NCBI GenBank assembly: GCA_040880145.1 | Contig: JBBDIZ010000030.1 | Span: 1-14,845, forward strand | Source of the DNA: Simkaniaceae bacterium | GTDB lineage: Bacteria; Chlamydiota; Chlamydiia; Chlamydiales; JAJFMI01 | Direction: 5' to 3' | DNA: 14,845 nt | Part shown: piece by piece, positions 1 to 7,827 of the stretch | How positions within the stretch are numbered: the stretch's first letter is position 1 | Layout of the letters: every line of letters begins with the position of its first letter | Made by a program: the position numbers and the translations under genes | Notes under the pieces: generated by a model | Told to the model about the DNA's origin: nothing | What the model saw: only the letters and a program-made list of their open reading frames with translations | Databases searched by the model: none

Positions 1-54
1 TAGCGGTTTCTTTGGCTAGCTACAAGCCCTCGACTTTAGTCGTGGGTATTTGAC
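1..54. mobile_element. Terminus of an IS200/IS605-superfamily element (subterminal hairpin plus TTGAC/GTCAA boundary); element body would lie left of the window
   Basis: + strand reads CTACAAGCCCTCGACTTTAGTCGTGGGTATTTGAC. Hairpin is CCC-T-CGAC-(TTTA)-GTCG-T-GGG at 27-46, followed by TATTTGAC ending at 54. The reverse complement GTCAAATACCCACGACTAAAGTCGAGGGCTTGTAG matches the GTCAAnTACCC-hairpin-GGCTTG pattern I recognise from IS200/IS605 ends (tnpA/tnpB/iscB elements). No transposase or nuclease ORF lies within the window. Confidence 0.72.
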
Positions 55-108
55 AAAATAACCAAGCAGGAGTGTACACAAAAAAAACGAAACGATAAAA
101 TAATCAAA

Positions 109-876
109 ATGGAAAAACTTCCCATCTCGGTCATTATTCTAGCAAAAAATAATGAGCTTTCACTTCCTGAAACATTAAAATCTGTTGAGCAATTTGATGA
201 AATTATTGTTTGTGATACAGGTTCTAGCGATCAAACGATTGAAATTGCAAAAAAAGCGGGATGTCAAGTTTTTAGTAGAGAGTTGAAAGGATTTGGCCCT
301 TTACGCAATGAGATGGCTCTTTTCGCAAAAAATGACTGGGTATTCGCCCTCGATAGTGATGAGACCGTTACGCCTTTACTTTTCAATGAACTTTCTTATC
401 TTAAGTTAAATGACGCTTTTGTTTACTCCTTTCCCTTTAAAAACCTATACAATGGAAGGTGGATCAGGGGTTGCGGTTGGCATCCGGATTATCATGTGCG
501 CCTTTATCATCGTAAGGTCACACGTTTTTCAGAGGATCATCTTCATGAAAAAATTTGCGAAAGGGCTTTAACTGTTAAAAAGCTGAAATTTCCGATACAA
601 CATATTTCCTATCGCTCCCCTGCCGATTTTTTAGAAAAAATGCAGCACTATTCGACTCTCTTTGCCTTGCAAAATTCCGGCAAAAAAAGCTCGCTAAAAA
701 AAGCAATGGCTCATGGCGGCTTTGCTTTTTTTAAAAGCTTTATTTTGAAACGTGGGTTCTTGGATGGGTATGAGGGCTATATGATCTCAGTTTATAATGC
801 CGGGGTCGCCTATTACAAATATTTAAAGTTGGCTCATGATTATCACAACACTCTACCACCGCGTCGGTCAAGGTAA
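109..876 (+). CDS. Glycosyltransferase family 2, KdtX/WaaE/LgtF-like (LPS core beta-glucosyltransferase-like)
   Basis: GT2 N-terminus ISVIILAKN..EIIVCDTGSSDQT, DxD motif ALDSDE, GWHPDYHVRLY and C-terminal FILKRGFLDGYEG, all typical of the WaaE/KdtX-like subfamily; 255 aa. Confidence 0.88.
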   Translation: MEKLPISVIILAKNNELSLPETLKSVEQFDEIIVCDTGSSDQTIEIAKKAGCQVFSRELKGFGPLRNEMALFAKNDWVFALDSDETVTPLLFNELSYLKLNDAFVYSFPFKNLYNGRWIRGCGWHPDYHVRLYHRKVTRFSEDHLHEKICERALTVKKLKFPIQHISYRSPADFLEKMQHYSTLFALQNSGKKSSLKKAMAHGGFAFFKSFILKRGFLDGYEGYMISVYNAGVAYYKYLKLAHDYHNTLPPRRSR

Positions 877-1486
877 GTACGCAACTGAACTTAATGACTT
901 CAAAGCGCATCTACATTGGATCAAAACTCATAGCCAAACTCTTTTACCGGGTGAAAAGGCGATTGGAATTAATTTTTGCCTCACATTTGATGATGCCACG
1001 ATCGATTTTTATGAGACGGTTTTTCCTCTTTTGTCGGAGTTGAAGTTAAAAGCCCTCCTTGCTGTCCCGACGAAATTCATGATTGAAAAAAGAAAGGGCT
1101 ATTGTCATTTTTCTCATCTAAAAGAGATTGTAAAAAATCCCTTAATCGAGATTGCCTCTCATACTCATTCCCACCTTGATTTAACCACTCTTTCTACAAG
1201 AGAGCTTAAACGCGAACTCATTTTATCGCAGCTTCTCTTAGAGGATAAATTAGGGATCCATGCGAAAACACTCGTTTTCCCCTACGGAAAATGTTCGAGT
1301 AGAGTTTTTAAAGAGAGTCGTTTGCAATATCAATATCTTATGAGAATTGGAAGCGCGATTAATTTTAATTGGAAGGGTGTGATTTATCGAATTGTGGCAG
1401 ATGGGCTAACAAAAGAAAATTTCCCTCTCCCTATAAAAAGTTCTTATTTTATTCGTTATGGTGTGAATCGATTGCGGCGGAGATAG
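836..1486 (+). CDS. Polysaccharide deacetylase (CE4/NodB homology domain)
   Basis: LYHRV near the N-terminus, motif 1 LTFDDA, metal-binding SHTHSH, and FPYG motif; overlaps the upstream GT2 by 41 nt. Confidence 0.87.
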   Translation: MIITTLYHRVGQGKYATELNDFKAHLHWIKTHSQTLLPGEKAIGINFCLTFDDATIDFYETVFPLLSELKLKALLAVPTKFMIEKRKGYCHFSHLKEIVKNPLIEIASHTHSHLDLTTLSTRELKRELILSQLLLEDKLGIHAKTLVFPYGKCSSRVFKESRLQYQYLMRIGSAINFNWKGVIYRIVADGLTKENFPLPIKSSYFIRYGVNRLRRR

Positions 1487-1493
1487 ATGGAAT

Positions 1494-1566
1494 TAGCGGC
1501 AGTCGGACTCGAACCAACGACCATCGGATTATGATTCCGGTGCTCTACCAGCTGAGCTATGCCGCC
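1494..1566 (-). tRNA. tRNA-Met(CAT), probably the elongator
   Basis: Reverse complement folds as GGCGGCA TA GCTC AGCTGGTA GAGC A CCGGA ATCATAA TCCGA TGGTC GTTGG TTCGAGT CCGAC TGCCGCT A; 73 nt; anticodon CAT; no encoded CCA. Ile2 identity is not formally excluded. Confidence 0.93.
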
Positions 1567-1576
1567 AAGTAGAAAA

Positions 1577-1649
1577 TAGCGGGGAGAGGATTCGAACCTC
1601 TGACCTTTGGGTTATGAGCCCAACGAGCTAACCACTGCTCCACCCCGCG
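1577..1649 (-). tRNA. Initiator tRNA-fMet(CAT)
   Basis: Reverse complement CGCGGGG TG GAGC AGTGGTTA GCTC G TTGGG CTCATAA CCCAA AGGTC AGAGG TTCGAAT CCTCT CCCCGCT A. Unpaired C1:U72, three G-C pairs in the anticodon stem and A11-U24 are initiator hallmarks; no encoded CCA. Confidence 0.96.
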
Positions 1650-1665
1650 ATATATAAGAAGTATC

Positions 1666-1695
1666 ACGATAACATCTTAACCGATTTAACTGCAA
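1666..1695 (-). promoter_or_regulatory. Putative sigma70/sigma66 promoter for the tRNA-fMet/tRNA-Met pair
   Basis: Minus strand TTGCAG (1695-1690), 18-nt spacer, TATCGT (1671-1666) preceded by TGn; 16 nt upstream of the tRNA-fMet 5' end. Confidence 0.5.
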
Positions 1696-2876
1696 GGGGT
1701 ATTTATGCTTAATCGAATTTCATGATAAGTTTTTATCAGACTCCCCTTCTTTTTTTCACAAAGTTTACGCGCATTTTTAGAAAGGTTTTCAAGCCTTTTA
1801 AGGTCGTTTAAGATTAGAGGAAGCTCATCGAGTATTACCGACGCCCCAGCCGAAGCTTCAAGAGCAAGACGCTCCATTTCTCTTTGCGAATGCATATAGG
1901 GCCCAAATAACGTCGGTAGACCAAGAGAGATCGGCTCAAAAATATTGTGCCCTCCTATTTTGGAGCAAAAACTTCCTGCAACTATGGCTGCATCCGAGAC
2001 TTGATAGAGATCGGTTAATATCCCCATTTGATTGACTAAAATAATAGAAGCGCTTGCCGGCTTAGTAAATGTTGCGTAATCATAATTTTCAAGAAGTCTT
2101 TCGACCTTTTTAAAGCGCTCTTTGTGACGAGGTACAAGAAGGATTTGACAAGGCGTATCTTTTAAAGCCTGTAACAGCATCTCTTCTTCCCCTTCATGGG
2201 TAGAAGCGAGTATGATAACGCGCTTTGTTAAGTGAAGTTTTTCTTTTAGTCTGTTTTTTTCATGTGGGGATAGAATATTCAGTTCAAGATCGAGTTTGAG
2301 GTTTTGTGTCACCTTTGGGATTACAGGTGTAAATTGTTGAAAACGTTTGGCATAAGATTCTGTCTGGACAAGAATTTTATCAAAGGGTTTTAAAAGGTTT
2401 TTTGCAACCCATGGAAGTTTTTGGTAAATTGAGAAGGTTTTGTCGCTCATTTTACCGTTGATCAAGATCGTTTGAATCTTTTTCTTTTTGAGCAAATGGA
2501 GTAAGTGAGGCCAAAAATCGGTCTCTGATTGAATAAAAAGAGTGGGTGAAAGCTCCTCAATCAATCTTTTGGTTACTTTTTTTAAATCGAGAGGCAGGAT
2601 AAAGTGCGCTTCGAGATTTGGCAGCGAACGTTTGCTTTCCTCAAGTCCCGTTTTTGTAACGTGGGAGATCACGATTTGGTAATCGGGATGGTTCTTTTTA
2701 ATCAGTTTAATAAGGGAAGCAAGCGCTTTGGTCTCCCCAACAGATATGGCATGAAACCAGAGAAGTGTTTTTGATGGATCCCGCTTAAATGACTCCAAAT
2801 GATAGGATACCCTCTTCCTTCTTAAAATCAACCAAGGCTGAATAAGAGACAATAAAAGGGTATAAGTTTTAAGCAT
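1686..2876 (-). CDS. waaA: 3-deoxy-D-manno-octulosonic acid (Kdo) transferase
   Basis: Motifs WFHAISVGE, ETDFWP, INGKMS, ASTHEGEE, VPRHKERF and GGHNIFEP. ATG directly abuts the leuS stop; leuS-waaA(gseA) adjacency is known in Chlamydia. Confidence 0.95.
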   Translation of the reverse strand: MLKTYTLLLSLIQPWLILRRKRVSYHLESFKRDPSKTLLWFHAISVGETKALASLIKLIKKNHPDYQIVISHVTKTGLEESKRSLPNLEAHFILPLDLKKVTKRLIEELSPTLFIQSETDFWPHLLHLLKKKKIQTILINGKMSDKTFSIYQKLPWVAKNLLKPFDKILVQTESYAKRFQQFTPVIPKVTQNLKLDLELNILSPHEKNRLKEKLHLTKRVIILASTHEGEEEMLLQALKDTPCQILLVPRHKERFKKVERLLENYDYATFTKPASASIILVNQMGILTDLYQVSDAAIVAGSFCSKIGGHNIFEPISLGLPTLFGPYMHSQREMERLALEASAGASVILDELPLILNDLKRLENLSKNARKLCEKKKGSLIKTYHEIRLSINTPCS

Positions 2877-5375
2877 CTATTTTGGTTGAACCACAATATT
2901 GATTAACTTGTTGGGGATAAAAATGATTTTTTTTATCTCCCCTTCCAAGTGGCGTGCGCACTTTTCATCCTTTTCAACAAGTGCAAAAATGTCCTCTTGA
3001 GATTTTCCTTTGGGCAGCTCAACACGGCCGCGCACCTTGCCATTGACTTGAAAGATATAGGTTGTGGTTTCATCGATAAGATAGGCTTCAATAACTTGCG
3101 GCAAAGGAGCGTAAGTCAAATGGGTTCCACCAAGGTGTTCGAAACACTCTTCAGCAAGGTGGGGAGCAAAAGGATAGAGCGATTGAACGGCAATTTTTAA
3201 GGCTTCAACTGGGTAGAATTTAAGCTTTGTAAAGCTATTAATAAATTCCATCATTTTAGCAACGGCTGTATTGAATTGCATTTTTTCAATATCGTCGGTG
3301 ACTCCCTTCAGAAGGCGGTAAGAGAGTTTCATGGCTTCTTCTGAAGAGTCTGATGAGACTTTATCGGAGAAAACCATATCATAAAATCGTTTGAGGAAAC
3401 GATAGGAACCATTTACAGCATCTGTATTCCACAACTTTTCTTTGTCAAATGGAGCCATAAACATCTCATACAGGCGAAGCGCATCCGCTCCAAACTCTTC
3501 AATGATTTCATCGGGAGTTACCCCATTGAACTTTGATTTTGACATCTTTTCCAAAATTTCTTCCACAGGCTCGTGGTCTTCTTTTGAATAAAACTTTTGG
3601 TTTTCTTCAATGACATCATTAAAAGGAAGGTACCCCCCCCCTCTTTTTTTATAAGCCTTTGCTGTAACAAGCCCTTGATTTCGAAGGCTTAAAAAAGGCT
3701 CTTCTGTAGAGACAAGTTGAAGGTCGAAGAGGACTTTGTGCCAAAAGCGTGCATAGAGAAGATGTAAGACGGCGTGCTCCACACCTCCTACATAAAGATC
3801 AACAGGCAGCCAATACTTTTCTGCCTCAGCGCTCCAGGGAGCTTCCTCGTTATGAGGATCGGCAAATCGCAAATAGTACCAACAAGAGCCGGCCCATTGG
3901 GGCATTGTATTGGTTTCTCTTAAGGCTTTTTTGCCTGTTTTAGGATCGACAACCTCGACCCACTCTGAAATCTTGGCAAGCGGACTCTTTCCATCTTCAG
4001 CCGGTTTATAGTCATCAATATAAGGAGGCATAAGAGGGAGCTCATCGAGCTCTAAAGCGCGCATTGTTCCATCCTCAAAATGCAGAATCGGAATAGGCTC
4101 GCCCCAATAGCGTTGCCTTGAAAAGAGCCAATCTCGAAGACGATAATTTTTCGTTTGTTTTCCCTTTTGGTTTTTTTCCAGCCATTTTGTAATCGATTCG
4201 ATGGCCTCATGGACCGTCAATCCGTTTAAAAAGCCGCTTTCCTTTAACTCTCCACTTCCTGTCCAGCAGCCCTCTACAGGTTCTTTCGAATCGGGAATAA
4301 TCACAGATCGAATGGGGAGGTCATATTTTGAAGCAAATTCAAAGTCCCTCTCGTCGTGGGCCGGAACAGCCATAACAGCGCCCGTTCCATAGCCCATCAA
4401 AACATAATCGGAAATCCAGATCGGGATTTGTTCATCATTAACAGGGTTTAAAGCATAAGCTCCAGTGAAAACTCCTGTTTTTTCTTTAGATAATTCTGTA
4501 CGCTCTAAATCGCTTTTTGATGCAATTTGTTTTCTGTAGGCTTGTATGTTTTCCTTTTGCGCATCGTTTGTCAATTGATCCACAAAGGGGTGCTCCGGGG
4601 CTAGAACGAGATAGCTGCATCCAAAAAGAGTATGAGGGCATGTTGTAAAAACTGAGATCGTTTGATCTTGAGTTTTAAAATCAATTAAAGCACCTTCACT
4701 CCGACCGATCCAATTTCGTTGAATTCTTTTGAGGTAATCGGGCCAATCAAGAGCGTCAAGATCATCTAGAAGCTTGTCTGCATAAGCTGTTATTTTCAAA
4801 ACCCACTGACGAAGAGGACGCCTTTCAATGGGGTACCCTCCCTCTTTAGAGCGCCCTTCTTCAACTTCTTCATTTGCTAGAACCGTTCGAAGGTGGGGGC
4901 AATAGTTGACCAAAACGTTCGCTTCGTAGGCAAGTCCTTTTTCAAAGAGCTTTGTAAAGATCCACTGAGTCCATTTATAATATTTGGGGTCGCTCGTCAT
5001 GACTTCTCGACTCCAATCATAACTAAAACCGACCGATTTCAGCTGTTTTCGATAGGTCGTGCAATTTTTTTCTGTCGTCTCTTTAGGATGAGTTCCCGTT
5101 CTGACGGCATACTGCTCTGCAGCAAGACCGAAGCTATCCCACCCCATGGGATGAAGGACATTAAATCCTCGTTGCCGCTTATAGCGTGCTAAGATATCGG
5201 TTGCTGTATATCCAGTTACGTGGCCGACATGAAGACCTGCTCCTGACGGGTAAGGAAACATGTCAAGAATGTAGTATTTAGGTTTTGAAGGGTCGATGTC
5301 CGCCTTAAAGGTTTGTTCATCTTCCCACTTTTTTTGCCATTTTTTCTCGATTGCTCTATGATCGTATTTGCCCAT
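2877..5375 (-). CDS. leuS: Leucine--tRNA ligase
   Basis: MFPYPSGAGLHVGH (HIGH motif), GTGAVMAVPAHDERD editing motif, RDWLFSRQRYWGEPIP, KMSKS, C-terminal QVNGKVRG; GGAGG RBS upstream of the ATG. Confidence 0.99.
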   Translation of the reverse strand: MGKYDHRAIEKKWQKKWEDEQTFKADIDPSKPKYYILDMFPYPSGAGLHVGHVTGYTATDILARYKRQRGFNVLHPMGWDSFGLAAEQYAVRTGTHPKETTEKNCTTYRKQLKSVGFSYDWSREVMTSDPKYYKWTQWIFTKLFEKGLAYEANVLVNYCPHLRTVLANEEVEEGRSKEGGYPIERRPLRQWVLKITAYADKLLDDLDALDWPDYLKRIQRNWIGRSEGALIDFKTQDQTISVFTTCPHTLFGCSYLVLAPEHPFVDQLTNDAQKENIQAYRKQIASKSDLERTELSKEKTGVFTGAYALNPVNDEQIPIWISDYVLMGYGTGAVMAVPAHDERDFEFASKYDLPIRSVIIPDSKEPVEGCWTGSGELKESGFLNGLTVHEAIESITKWLEKNQKGKQTKNYRLRDWLFSRQRYWGEPIPILHFEDGTMRALELDELPLMPPYIDDYKPAEDGKSPLAKISEWVEVVDPKTGKKALRETNTMPQWAGSCWYYLRFADPHNEEAPWSAEAEKYWLPVDLYVGGVEHAVLHLLYARFWHKVLFDLQLVSTEEPFLSLRNQGLVTAKAYKKRGGGYLPFNDVIEENQKFYSKEDHEPVEEILEKMSKSKFNGVTPDEIIEEFGADALRLYEMFMAPFDKEKLWNTDAVNGSYRFLKRFYDMVFSDKVSSDSSEEAMKLSYRLLKGVTDDIEKMQFNTAVAKMMEFINSFTKLKFYPVEALKIAVQSLYPFAPHLAEECFEHLGGTHLTYAPLPQVIEAYLIDETTTYIFQVNGKVRGRVELPKGKSQEDIFALVEKDEKCARHLEGEIKKIIFIPNKLINIVVQPK

Positions 5376-5409
5376 TTCTCCTCCAAATCAATAGAAGAGT
5401 ATCGCTGAT

Positions 5410-6282
5410 ATGAAAAAAAGACTCAATCAATATTCCGGTTTCAAAAAAGGAGTCTTTGCCTTATCAACGCTTCTAGGCTTTATTGCGGTTGAGAGAGGGA
5501 CTCACGCCCTCACAGATGGGTTTACGATTCATCGCATTCGATCCTATAGACCGATGCCGGGAAATTTTGAAGCCCGGCCGCTCTCTGATCATGAAAAAGG
5601 GGAGGTGAAAAAAATATTGAATCAACCCTACTTTTATCTAACCTCGGGAAGCCAATCCTTTGTGCTTGCAAGTCAAGATGGTCAGTATGTTCTCAAATTC
5701 ATCAAACAACACCGCTTCCGCTCTATTTTTCGATTCTGCGATCAAAGCAAAAAACAAAAATCTCTTTATGACTTATTGAGAAGCTTTGACCTGGCTTCTA
5801 ATCTTTTTAAAGAGGAGACTGGGGTTGTTTACACGCATTTAGATAAATCACGATCTCTAGGCTGCAAAGTGGACTTAGTCGATCGACTTAAGATCAAGCA
5901 CTCGATTGAACTTGATCAGTATGAATACGTCTTGCAAAAAAAAATGCAGACGGCTTCTGAAAAATTGATCAATCTTAAAAAGAGCGACCGACTGCCTGAG
6001 GCCAAAAAAGCTTTTGATAAACTTCTAGCTTTAACAAAAAAACGAAGCGAAATGGGATATTTTGACAAAGATCCGCACCTAATTAAAAATTTTGGTTTTG
6101 ATGGAGAGGGGGCCGTTGAGCTCGATATTGGAGGATTTGTTCCTTACTCTGAATGCGAGGCACTTAGCTTCTATGAAAAAGAGATTCCCCGAATTAAAAG
6201 AAAAGTTCTTCCGTGGATTCAAAAAAACTATCCCGAACTTCTCTTACATGCGCAAATGAGACTGGACTCTCAAAATTCCTAA
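5410..6282 (+). CDS. Hypothetical protein with N-terminal membrane anchor and probable protein-kinase-like fold
   Basis: 290 aa ORF. Basic N-terminus plus hydrophobic GVFALSTLLGFIAV; YLTSGSQSFV (Gly-loop-like), YVLKF (beta3 Lys), DKDPHLIKNF (catalytic-loop-like), LDIG (DFG-like). The CDS itself is secure; the fold call is an inference. Confidence 0.7.
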   Translation: MKKRLNQYSGFKKGVFALSTLLGFIAVERGTHALTDGFTIHRIRSYRPMPGNFEARPLSDHEKGEVKKILNQPYFYLTSGSQSFVLASQDGQYVLKFIKQHRFRSIFRFCDQSKKQKSLYDLLRSFDLASNLFKEETGVVYTHLDKSRSLGCKVDLVDRLKIKHSIELDQYEYVLQKKMQTASEKLINLKKSDRLPEAKKAFDKLLALTKKRSEMGYFDKDPHLIKNFGFDGEGAVELDIGGFVPYSECEALSFYEKEIPRIKRKVLPWIQKNYPELLLHAQMRLDSQNS

Positions 6283-6342
6283 TTTCTGTTAATTAAAATC
6301 ATTTTTTAAGTAGTCATGAAGATAATATTTTCTTAACAGCTC

Positions 6343-6371
6343 TTGCAACAAAACCTAATTTATCGTATCTT
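6343..6371 (+). promoter_or_regulatory. Putative sigma70/sigma66 promoter
   Basis: TTGCAA (6343-6348), 17-nt spacer, TATCTT (6366-6371); ATG follows at 6379. Confidence 0.45.
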
Positions 6372-6378
6372 GAAAGAC

Positions 6379-7818
6379 ATGTCTACGATTGATTCAAACA
6401 CAATTCGGAAAAACAAGATTAGGCTTGCTGATTATGATTATAAAAGCGATATTCAAAATCGTCTTTTACTTTCTCAGCTTTCTCCTATCGATGTCGAAAT
6501 TTTAGAAGAAATCTTGTATAGCCCGCTCGCCTTTCCAATCAAACGCTTGTTGACAAACCTCGACTATCCAATTGAAACCGTTCAAAAGACTTTAGAGCTT
6601 TTAGCACCGACCCAACTCTTTGAACTCGATGGTGAAATAATTCTCGTAAACAAAGAGCGTAGAAAATATTTTGAGACCCAAATCATCCATTTTGAAGACG
6701 GGTTTGAACCTGATATGGATTTTCTTCAGGTCCTTATGAAAAAAGTGCCGATTCATATTTTACCGACTTGGTACCATATCCCGAGAACCTCTAACAATAT
6801 TTTTGAATCAATAATAGAAAAATATTTAATCACCCCGCAGGCTTTTCAAAGATACCTGCTCGAACTTAATATGGGAGATGAGGTTCTAAATTCCATGACA
6901 GCCGACCTCCTGCAGTCGCCTGAGCTCTATCTTTCGACGCAAAAGATTCGAGATAAGTATCATTTAAGCAAAGAAGAGCTAGAGGAGTACACCCTCCTGC
7001 TCGAGTTTAATTTTATCGGTTGCAAGTCTTATCGTTCTTTAGACCATTCTTTTGAAGAAATCATTACACCTTTTAGAGAGTGGCGGGAGTATCTTGAATT
7101 TTTAAGGGAATCTACTCCTCCTTCCTTATCGACAGCTCAATCAGTGAAACGGTACCGCCCCTCAGACTTTTCTTTTATCGAAGATATGACCGAACTTGTA
7201 AAACTGAATAAGAAAGCCCCCCTTTCACTTCAACCCACCCCATTCGGCCTTCTTCCAGAAGACAAGAACCTCGAAGAGTTTCGCTTTATGATTGCCTCAT
7301 TTGATACCGATCAAGACTTTCTGTCTTATACAGCAAAACTTATTGAAAAAATGGTTTTACTCAGCCTTGTTTCAATAGATGATTCGATGATGACGCCTCA
7401 GGAAGAATCTAACTTTTGGTTGACGCTTACGACAGAGAAACAGGCCCTTCTTAGTTATAAAAACCACTACGTCGCTCTTATTACAGATACTGAAGGCACT
7501 GCAAAACTTTTCAATGAGCGTAATTTACATCAATTAGAGAAAAATTTTCGTAAAATTTCAGAAAGCGGCTGGATTCAATTCGACGACTTTATGAAAGGCG
7601 TTACAATTGCTTTAAGCGAAGAGAGCAAAGTCGAACTAAGAAAGGTCGGCCGCCGGTGGCAATACACGCTTCCCTCTTATACCGAAGATGAAAAAATGCT
7701 CATTCAAACCGTTGTTCTGGATTGGTTATTTCAGGCAGGGTTGATTGCTCTTGGATCTTTTGAAAAAAAAACCTGTTTTTGCATCACGGAGCTTGGTAAA
7801 AAAATCTTCACTCCTTAA
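6379..7818 (+). CDS. Hypothetical protein (~479 aa), possibly containing winged-helix repeats
   Basis: Long open frame. The ORF track starts at TTG 6343, but ATG 6379 (MSTIDS) is more plausible. Acidic and soluble; segments such as LFQAGLIALG..FCITELGKKIF resemble wHTH helix-wing endings. No recognisable catalytic motif. Confidence 0.8.
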   Translation: MSTIDSNTIRKNKIRLADYDYKSDIQNRLLLSQLSPIDVEILEEILYSPLAFPIKRLLTNLDYPIETVQKTLELLAPTQLFELDGEIILVNKERRKYFETQIIHFEDGFEPDMDFLQVLMKKVPIHILPTWYHIPRTSNNIFESIIEKYLITPQAFQRYLLELNMGDEVLNSMTADLLQSPELYLSTQKIRDKYHLSKEELEEYTLLLEFNFIGCKSYRSLDHSFEEIITPFREWREYLEFLRESTPPSLSTAQSVKRYRPSDFSFIEDMTELVKLNKKAPLSLQPTPFGLLPEDKNLEEFRFMIASFDTDQDFLSYTAKLIEKMVLLSLVSIDDSMMTPQEESNFWLTLTTEKQALLSYKNHYVALITDTEGTAKLFNERNLHQLEKNFRKISESGWIQFDDFMKGVTIALSEESKVELRKVGRRWQYTLPSYTEDEKMLIQTVVLDWLFQAGLIALGSFEKKTCFCITELGKKIFTP

Positions 7819-7827
7819 AGTGAAGTC

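Noticed and set aside
1369..1572. 67-aa ORF on + strand
   Set aside because: Overlaps the deacetylase out of frame and runs antisense through tRNA-Met; spurious.
3633..3641. C9 tract (G9 on the coding strand) in leuS as a phase-variation site
   Set aside because: The frame is intact (RGGGY) and leuS is essential, so ON/OFF switching is implausible.
2949..5192. Four short + strand ORFs inside leuS
   Set aside because: Antisense shadows of a conserved essential gene, with no motifs.
6343..6378. TTG start for the 491-aa ORF
   Set aside because: This stretch looks like the promoter itself; ATG 6379 is preferred.
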